Source: Guillardia theta CCMP2712 (Eukaryota; Protista; Cryptophyta). Taken from it: DNA of 33,365 bases. The position numbers and the translations under genes were made by a program. The stretch covers positions 1 through 33,365 of the forward strand of contig NW_005434484.1 in assembly GCF_000315625.1 (NCBI RefSeq). Direction: 5' to 3'. Position 1 is the stretch's first letter, and every line of letters starts with the position of its first letter. Of this stretch, positions 1 through 6,811 are shown piece by piece. The notes under the pieces are model-generated. The model was not told where the DNA came from and did no database searches. It was given only the letters and a program-made list of their open reading frames with translations.

Positions 1-1232
1 GCTTCGATCTCGTTCAGCGAGAAGCGGCCTGTGCTCATGCTTGACCTTGACCTCGACTTGATCTGTACTCTGAAGCTGCTGCGCCCCGCATGATCTCTCT
101 CGCGGAGTGCCCTCCTTTGCTTAGCGATCTTTCCCCTAGGAACGAAGGTGTCGGCTGTGAGCTCGACTGCAAACGTCTCTCTGAGCTTGGCGTCGTCGCT
201 GATGAGAGTGAGATGTACCCCCTCCATCGCCTCGCTCTCTCTGAACGAGGCCAAGGTCTGCTCGCAGCTTGCCGTCGAAGGCGAGCTGAGCACCCACTCC
301 AGCTCTTTTTGCTGGAGAGTGCCAGTACTTGCCCCAACAGCAACATACGTCTTCGGGCTCGGCCCCTTGCGACCTCTCTGCCCAGGACCCTGCACGAGCA
401 TGCCCGCAAGCGGTTGTACCTCTGCGGCTGCAAGAGATTGCGAGAGCAGCTGAAATCGATAGATCTGAGCTATGTCGGCCGTCGACATTCCTCCAAGAGC
501 TAGGAGCTGTGATAGCTCGGCAAGGCTCCCTCCCTTGCCCCAAGGTCCTCGCTTGGCTCGAAGCTTGAACGACCGGTCATGTGCAATGCTCACCTCTGTG
601 GCTCTGAACGATCTGCCGTCTATGCAGTATTCTCTCCTGCCTTCCCATAGCTCCATGGCTGCTTCATTCCGAAGGAAGGAGACGGTGACTGAGATGTCGT
701 CTGCTCGTGCTATCTCAGGTCTGTAAGGTGCTTTCCACATGATGGCCTTGTCGACTCCATCGACTGAGTCTACCATGAGACCCAGTTCCATAAGCTTCGA
801 TTTCAACTTTTCTTCTTGTCGAACATACATCGAGGAGATGCCCAGGAGAGTCATGGAGATGAAGGAGGTCCCCTCGGTGCCTTCTGTGCCGATGTATGTC
901 TCGACATTCTGCTTCTTGGCCTCCTCCATCTGTTGAATAAACCATGCTCTCGACTCTGAGCTCCATTCCCTCAGAGAGTCTTCAAACAGGTCGCGTCTCG
1001 CCTGCCGACATGTTGAGCGGATGGCTTCAGCGATAGCGTCGGGGGTGCATCCCCCCTCAGCTCTGAAAGCATGAGCTGTCCTACTACCAGGATACCGCTT
1101 CGCGAAGTTCTTCACCCTCTCGACGAGGTCGGCGGCCTCTTCGACGTGGCCTCCAGAGCGCTCGCCCTGCGTGTATTGGCATGATCTCCGATACAGCAGG
1201 CTGCGAACGCTCTCATCATACTGTAGTACCAT
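1..1232 (-). CDS. ORF1-like (RRM-like) protein of unit A, 3'-partial; diverged paralog of 1887-4061
   Basis: Manual translation gives MVLQYDESVRSLLYRRSCQYTQ...TSFISMTLLGISS...KAIMWKAPYRPEIA...KRGPWGKGGSLAEL..., with no stop before base 1 (hence absent from the ORF track). Roughly two-thirds identical to the unit B ORF by eye, with many third-position changes. Confidence 0.85.
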   Translation of the reverse strand, partial: MVLQYDESVRSLLYRRSCQYTQGERSGGHVEEAADLVERVKNFAKRYPGSRTAHAFRAEGGCTPDAIAEAIRSTCRQARRDLFEDSLREWSSESRAWFIQQMEEAKKQNVETYIGTEGTEGTSFISMTLLGISSMYVRQEEKLKSKLMELGLMVDSVDGVDKAIMWKAPYRPEIARADDISVTVSFLRNEAAMELWEGRREYCIDGRSFRATEVSIAHDRSFKLRAKRGPWGKGGSLAELSQLLALGGMSTADIAQIYRFQLLSQSLAAAEVQPLAGMLVQGPGQRGRKGPSPKTYVAVGASTGTLQQKELEWVLSSPSTASCEQTLASFRESEAMEGVHLTLISDDAKLRETFAVELTADTFVPRGKIAKQRRALRERDHAGRSSFRVQIKSRSRSSMSTGRFSLNEIE

Positions 1233-1384
1233 GCTTAGAAAGCTGTTTGAACTATACGAACCTCTTGCTCGCAGCTTCCTCCGGTCCCCTTGCGCTCTCC
1301 CTACGCGCCGCAGAGCAGCATGCCTCTGTCAGGGGCCCCAGCATGCCTCTGTCAGGGGCCCCCTACATGCCTCTGTCAGGGGCC
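1..1384 (-). mobile_element. Telomere-inserted non-LTR retroelement unit A (5' portion; runs off the window)
   Basis: The 5' end abuts the (CCCTAAA)n tract at 1385. It carries 5' tandem repeats and an ORF clearly homologous to the ORF of unit B. Confidence 0.8.
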
Positions 1385-1387
1385 CCC
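1318..1387. repeat. Three tandem ~23-bp units (CATGCCTCTGTCAGGGGCCCC) at the 5' end of unit A
   Basis: Directly visible; one unit junction contains a telomere-like CCCTA. Confidence 0.9.
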
Positions 1388-1473
1388 TAAACCCTAAACC
1401 CTAAACCCTAAACCCTAAACCCTAAACCCTAAACCCTAAACCCTAAACCCTAAACCCTAAACCCTAAACCCTA
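1385..1473 (+). repeat. Interstitial telomeric tract (CCCTAAA)12 CCCTA
   Basis: Perfect TTTAGGG-type repeats between units A and B. Confidence 0.97.
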
Positions 1474-1648
1474 TTATTATTATTATGTGAGTTTATTAGA
1501 ATGCTAGAATGTTGCTCGGCCTCGTTGTGGGCTTATGCAATTTGATCCTAGTCTAAAGAGGCGCTCGAGCACTGGGAGTACACGGCCTACAATGCGAACC
1601 CTGCTTCTGAGGCGTCTTTCTACTTTCTACTTCTGCTGTCTTCTCTTG

Positions 1649-1860
1649 GCTTCCTCAGCCTCAGTCAGGAGAGTTGCCTCTCCTCACCTTGGCCTTCGGT
1701 CACCACCTACTCTACCTCCATTCAGCTTCCTCAGCCTCAGTCAGAAGAGTTGCCTCTCCTCACCTTGGCCTTCGGTCGCCACCTACTCGTCCTCCATTCA
1801 GCTTCCTCAGCCTCAGTCAGGAGAGTTGCCTCTCCTCACCTTGGCCTTCGGTCGCCTCCA
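1649..1860. repeat. Roughly three 76-bp tandem units in the 3' UTR of unit B (duplicated at 4509-4720)
   Basis: TTCCTCAGCCTCAGTCAGGAGAGTTGCCTCTCCTCACCTTGGCCTTCGGTC recurs at 1651, 1727 and 1803. Each unit contains the inverted repeat AGGAGAG-TTGC-CTCTCCT (one mismatch in the second unit). Confidence 0.92.
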
Positions 1861-1886
1861 CCTTCTCTACTTACCTTGAGCTCAGC

Positions 1887-4061
1887 TCAAGCTCGGTACG
1901 GGCTCGCCCCGTCTTCTTCCTCGCCCTCGCCTTGCTCTTCCTCCATGTCTTCCTCTTCTTCGCCATCTTCCCTCATCTCCACCCGCAGTCGGTCCTTCTT
2001 GTCCACCTTCAGCGAGCAGGCCAGCACATGCATCTCTGCGAATTTACTCAGTGCTATGAACAGGAAGCTAAGAGATCGACGCTCTATGTCGTCGCTCTCC
2101 GCCTCCTGCTCAAGCTCAGCAGCTGCCGTTGCCCGTGGCGAGAACGCGCTGCCCCTCCTTGCCTTCTTGCTCTCTCCTTGCACGCGAGTCCAGCGCTTGC
2201 TCTGCAGCCACTTCCCCAGCTTCTCCTTGAGAACGTTGCGCCCAACTCCCTGCTCCTCTGGCATCTTCGCCCACTCTCCCAGCGACATGAACTCCAGGCT
2301 CCCCGGAGAGTAGAACGTGTCGTGGAGGTTGCCAACGGCCTTGTCCAGGACCAGCTTGATCGGCTCGCTCGTCCCCGCCTCGTTCAAAGAAGCTGCATCT
2401 TCGATGACTGCTGACAGCTCGCTGACGAGCTGCATGTCCTCTTGGCTTGACGGAGATGCTGCCTCCATTGTGATCCTCTCCAGGTCTGTAAACTCCAGCC
2501 ACTCTCCCTCGCTCTCCTCCTGTCGCTGCGCTGCGTCGCTGGTGCCCCGCTGACCAGCCGCCTCAGAGTCAGGCTCCTTGTCGAAGCCGACTGCTTCGAG
2601 CTTGGTTGCTGCGCCTTCGAGATAGAAGGGCAGCTCCTTCATCATGCGTCGAGCATCCTCCGTGGAGCCGAGGAGGATGCATAGCTTGGACCCGTTCCAG
2701 GACTTGGTGTTCAAATCCTCCTCCATGTCGATGCCTTCAACGTTGATCTCGAGCCTGTTAGCGATCTCCAACAAGACTCTCTTGACTCTTGCGATGGACG
2801 TGTTGCCGCCGTTGCACAGCCCCTCCATCTCCTTCCTCGTGAAGCGACCAGATGCCGCCGTCGACTTGATGATGATCTTGATCTCCTTGCCGTCCTTGCC
2901 GCCTGCCTTCTTCTGCATCCTTGATGCCTTCTTCAACTTATTTCTGGACACAAAGCGATCAGCTGTCAACTCGACTGCGAGCGCCTCTCTGATCTTCGGG
3001 TCCTCGCTGAACAGAGTCAGGTGTACTCCCTCCATCGCTTCGCTCTCTCGGAAAGCTCGAAATGCTGTATCATTCGCCTCTGGGCAGCTCGAGGAGACGA
3101 TCCACTCCACCTCCCTCTGTCTCCAGATGACGTTGGCCCCTACAGCGATGAAGCCTTTCTGACCTAAGCCTTTGTGGACTTGCTGTCCTGGCGCCCCAGC
3201 GACCAGCATGCCTGCCAGCGGCTGGAGTTGGACCGCTGCAAGGGACTGGCGCAGCAGCTGATAGCGATAGACGGCAGCTATCTCAGCCGTTGTCATGCCG
3301 CCCAAGGTTAGCAGGTGAGTCAGCTCTGCCAAGCTGCCCCCTTTGCCCCAGGGTCCTCTCTTGGCTCGAATCTTGAAAGATCGATCGTGCACGATGCTCA
3401 CATGTACAGCTGTGAACTTGCGACCATCGATCGCGAAGTCCTCTCTTCCCTGCCAGAGCTTCTCCGCTTGTGCATTGCGGAGGAAGGAAACAGTCACCGG
3501 GATCTCCTCAGCACTCGCTATCTCGGGTCTATACGGAGCCTTCCACATGATTGCTTTACTCTCTTGCACTGAGTCTACGATCAGTCCGATCTCTTCAAAT
3601 TTCTTCTTCAGCTTTTCTTCATGGTTGACATACACCGAGGAGATGCCCAGGAGAGTCATGGAGATGAAGGAAGTCACCTCGTTGCCTGCTGAGGCGGTGT
3701 ATGTCTCGACCTTCTCCTTCTTGGCTTCTTCAATCTGCTGCATAAACCACTCTCTGGATGCGTCACTCCATCCAGCCATCGCTTCTTGCAGAAACTCACG
3801 TCGTGCCTGCTGACATGTCGAGCGGATGGCTTCTGCGATAGCGTCGGGGGTGCATCCCTCCACAGCCTTGCAAGCCTGGGCTGTCCTGCTGTTCGGATAA
3901 CGCTTCGCGAAGCTCTTCACCCTCTCGACGAGATCAGCTTCGAGGACAGAGGCATCCACAAGTCCGCTCTGCGTGTATTGGCATGATCTCCGATACAGCA
4001 GGTTGCGAACATTTTCATCATACTGAAGAACCATACTTAGAAAGCTATTTGAAGTATACAA
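1887..4061 (-). CDS. ORF1/gag-like nucleic-acid-binding protein of unit B (~715-724 aa; first ATG at 4034)
   Basis: Uninterrupted, intronless ORF in an otherwise intron-dense genome. Two segments show RRM-like patterning (ISMTLLGIS...EEKLKKKFEEIG...VTVSF...IDGRKFTA and KIIIKS...LCILLGSTEDARRMM), followed by an acidic C-terminus. The RRM call is by eye. Confidence 0.75.
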   Translation of the reverse strand: MYTSNSFLSMVLQYDENVRNLLYRRSCQYTQSGLVDASVLEADLVERVKSFAKRYPNSRTAQACKAVEGCTPDAIAEAIRSTCQQARREFLQEAMAGWSDASREWFMQQIEEAKKEKVETYTASAGNEVTSFISMTLLGISSVYVNHEEKLKKKFEEIGLIVDSVQESKAIMWKAPYRPEIASAEEIPVTVSFLRNAQAEKLWQGREDFAIDGRKFTAVHVSIVHDRSFKIRAKRGPWGKGGSLAELTHLLTLGGMTTAEIAAVYRYQLLRQSLAAVQLQPLAGMLVAGAPGQQVHKGLGQKGFIAVGANVIWRQREVEWIVSSSCPEANDTAFRAFRESEAMEGVHLTLFSEDPKIREALAVELTADRFVSRNKLKKASRMQKKAGGKDGKEIKIIIKSTAASGRFTRKEMEGLCNGGNTSIARVKRVLLEIANRLEINVEGIDMEEDLNTKSWNGSKLCILLGSTEDARRMMKELPFYLEGAATKLEAVGFDKEPDSEAAGQRGTSDAAQRQEESEGEWLEFTDLERITMEAASPSSQEDMQLVSELSAVIEDAASLNEAGTSEPIKLVLDKAVGNLHDTFYSPGSLEFMSLGEWAKMPEEQGVGRNVLKEKLGKWLQSKRWTRVQGESKKARRGSAFSPRATAAAELEQEAESDDIERRSLSFLFIALSKFAEMHVLACSLKVDKKDRLRVEMREDGEEEEDMEEEQGEGEEEDGASPYRA

Positions 4062-4126
4062 ACCTCTTGCTTGCAGCTTCCTTGGCGCCCTGGCGGCTTC
4101 CCCTACACCTGACGAGGAGCCATGCT

Positions 4127-4269
4127 GCCGAAAATAACGGCGCCTTGCCGAAAATAACGGCGCCTTGCCGAAAATAACGGCGCCTTCGCCGAAAATAACG
4201 GCGCCTTCGCCGAAAATAACGGCGCCTTCGCCGAAAATAACGGCGCCTTGCCGAAAATAACGGCGCCTT
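4127..4269. repeat. Seven tandem 20-21-bp units GCCGAAAATAACGGCGCCTT(C) at the 5' end of unit B
   Basis: Directly visible; each unit contains the inverted repeat GCCG-AAAATAA-CGGC. Confidence 0.95.
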
Positions 4270-4336
4270 CCTAAACCCTAAACCCTAAACCCTAAACCCT
4301 AAACCCTAAACCCTAAACCCTAAACCCTAAACCCTA
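4270..4336 (+). repeat. Interstitial telomeric tract, ~9 CCCTAAA units
   Basis: Perfect repeats between units B and C. Confidence 0.97.
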
Positions 4337-6363
4337 TTATTATTATGTGAGTTTATTAGAATGCTAGAATGTTGCTCGGCCTCGTTGTGGGCTTATGCAA
4401 TTTGATCCTAGTCTAAAGAGGCGCTCGAGCACTGGGAGTACACGGCCTACAATGCGAACCCTGCTTCTGAGGCGTCTTTCTACTTTCTACTTTTGCTGTC
4501 TTCTCTTGGCTTCCTCAGCCTCAGTCAGGAGAGTTGCCTCTCCTCACCTTGGCCTTCGGTCACCACCTACTCTACCTCCATTCAGCTTCCTCAGCCTCAG
4601 TCAGGAGAGTTGCCTCTCCTCACCTTGGCCTTCGGTCGCCACCTACTCGTCCTCCATTCAGCTTCCTCAGCCTCAGTCAGGAGAGTTGCCTCTCCTCACC
4701 TTGGCCTTCGGTCGCCTCCACCTTCTCTACTTACCTTGAGCTCAGCTCAAGCTCGGTACGGGCTCGCCCCGTCTTCTTCCTCGCCCTCGCCTTGCTCTTC
4801 CTCCATGTCTTCCTCTTCTTCGCCATCTTCCCTCATCTCCACCCGCAGTCGGTCCTTCTTGTCCACCTTCAGCGAGCAGGCCAGCACATGCATCTCTGCG
4901 AATTTACTCAGTGCTATGAACAGGAAGCTAAGAGATCGACGCTCTATGTCGTCGCTCTCCGCCTCCTGCTCAAGCTCAGCAGCTGCCGTTGCCCGTGGCG
5001 AGAACGCGCTGCCCCTCCTTGCCTTCTTGCTCTCTCCTTGCACGCGAGTCCAGCGCTTGCTCTGCAGCCACTGGAACAGGTAAGATACTTGTTAGGTAGT
5101 GATCGCCTACTTGGGGTAATTTTCTCCATGCCTTAGCAAAGCTCTCCCAGCCTTGCCGAGCAGGAGATGTACGCAGGGATTGTTCTTCTGGGAGCAGGGA
5201 GTTTTCTTCTGAGAGCATCTTGTCTTCAATGTCGTGTAGCATAGCTATTGTCCCCGGTCTCATCTTGCTTTCAATCATTTCCCAGCTGATAGTTGTCTGC
5301 ATTTTCTCCGCTACCCATATTGCGAGTCGTTCTGGGCCCCTTATCTCTTCGATCTCGTTGAGTCTGCCCGATCTGATTTCTCGTTGTACTTGGCTTATTG
5401 TTTGACACCCCCATTGGTTGCACCATGATGTTAGTTTGTGTATCAGACTGCTTTTGATATCATCATCCACCCTGCATTTCTTATTCGTTTCTTTCTCTAG
5501 ATACCGAATCGCCGCCCTTCCCAAGATGGGTGCTGGATGGGGGAGTTGGAGGCCTCCACTGTCCCAAGGTAGGCGAAAAATCGCATTGCTTGTGCTCTTA
5601 CTCAATCCCATAGCTCGTTTGAACGCTCTGGTCCAGAGGTTATCCAAGGTTTGTAAATCTTTCCACGTCCAGCTAACGAGTACCGCCGAGTATCGAAAGA
5701 TATTCACGATACCTACTTTATTTCTGGGCTGCAGAGTAGGCCGATGATTCAATCAGGTTTGTCAGTTCCCTGGTCTTTTCAAAGATATGCTCCTTCTCTC
5801 CCCACGTGAAGGGGCAGGTGTGCACCCTGTTGCCTCTTCCTCCTGATCGCCACAAGCTGATTCGAATCCCTAGATATTTGAACCATTTCGTCGGTGGTAG
5901 GTTCACAAACTCCTTGTCGAAGAACTTGATGTTTTGCGTCCCCGGGATCTCCCTCTTGAGCCGATAATCAAAGCTGGTGATTTCAGATTTCTTCGTGTTC
6001 AGTTCTAATCCACTCCATCTACAGAATCGCTCTACCACTTGAACTAGTGTTTTCATTTCCCTCACTGAGTTGGCTATCAGTACAAGGTCATCTGCGAATG
6101 ACAGGTTGTTGGGATGCTGAGTTGCAATCTCGTCTTGTTGTTGATCGAGTTGTCTGGACAGGATGCTGAGCAGTAGATTTGCAGGACTGCCTTGAGGTAA
6201 TCCCCTGAGAAGCGGGATGGCTGCCGTTTCGAACCTCTCTGTTTGAATCTGCAGTGCTATCCCTTTGCTGCCGCTGATTACCACGTCTACATCACGCTGA
6301 TGGAAGCCATATACTTCCATGATTTTTGCGATGGATTCGACTGCCACGTTGTTAAAAAAGTTT
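4337..6363 (-). mobile_element. Unit C: chimeric, 5'-truncated retroelement (RT fragment joined to the 3' end of unit B)
   Basis: 4335-5072 matches 1475-2212 (offset 2860; two substitutions seen) and includes the (TAA)n tail. 5073-6363 is RT sequence that ends directly at a telomeric repeat. Confidence 0.88.
5073..6363 (-). pseudogene. Non-LTR retrotransposon reverse transcriptase fragment, resembling early-branching RLE-type elements (R2/NeSL/CRE-like)
   Basis: Motifs NFFNNV, RGLPQGSP, LSFADDL, SGLELNTKKS, FKYLG and post-RT LPWDSGGLQLP. It is 5'-truncated inside the RT, apparently lacks the usual LSPxL residues after PQGSP, has a frameshift near 5718-5752, and is cut off at 5073 before any C-terminal nuclease. 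Confidence 0.9.
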
Positions 6364-6430
6364 CCCTAAACCCTAAACCCTAAAACCCAAAACCCTAAAA
6401 CCCTAAAACCCTAAAACCCAAATTCCAAAA
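6364..6430 (+). repeat. Proximal degenerate telomeric repeats (CCCTAAA, CCCTAAAA, CCCAAAA)
   Basis: Two perfect units followed by variant units, as expected at the inner telomere boundary. Confidence 0.9.
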
Positions 6431-6811
6431 CTCACTCTAGTTGGCATTTGGAGAGCGCATGATTTCGAATATTGAAATTATTTCCCACTGAACTTTTGAC
6501 ATCAACTATTGCCTGAAGAGGAACGACCTCCGGAACCCGACGTAGCCAGTGGGTCAGGACCACGACGGTAGCGTCAAAGAGGAGCAGCAGGGTCTCGCAC
6601 GCCAGTTCGTCGCTCCGGACATCCTTCCCCTCCGCCCACCTCCCGACCTGGAGTTCCAGGAGTTTATAGAAGCTTCTCAATGTCAACATGACCGGCCCTT
6701 CTCAAAACTATACACAGTTTTACTCAATTACTTTTTTTAACTGGTGCCCTGTGATGTTTTTTTTTTATTTGAGGCGGACAGAAAAGAGACTGGCATGGTA
6801 GCGACCAGGGG

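Larger units (their letters stand above)
1474..4269 (-). mobile_element. Telomere-inserted retroelement unit B, complete, ORF1-only (non-autonomous), ~2.8 kb
   Basis: Flanked on both sides by telomeric tracts. Contains 5' tandem repeats, a single long ORF, a ~400-bp 3' UTR with 76-bp repeats, and a (TAA)n tail at 1472-1486. No RT or endonuclease motif found. Confidence 0.85.

Noticed and set aside
1649-1860. Hammerhead ribozyme (CUGAGGA on the sense strand), as in Penelope-like elements
   Set aside because: No correctly placed GAAA/stem II could be built, and the RT motifs (PQG, FADD, KYLG, GGL) are LINE-type rather than Penelope-type.
4023-4059. 37-nt GT-AG intron at the start of ORF1 in both units
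   Set aside because: The frame would work, but unit B has no upstream in-frame ATG and most substitutions inside the segment are synonymous in the ORF1 frame. Unsupported without RNA data.
90-5136. Numerous plus-strand ORFs over the retroelements
   Set aside because: Antisense shadows of ORF1 and the UTR repeats; low-complexity Ser/Leu-rich translations.
6364-6430. Telomere-telomere fusion site
   Set aside because: All tracts have the same orientation; there is no head-to-head TTTAGGG/CCCTAAA junction.
6549-6740. Short ORF next to the inner telomeric tract
   Set aside because: GTG start, 63 aa and no recognisable motif; cannot be supported as a gene.
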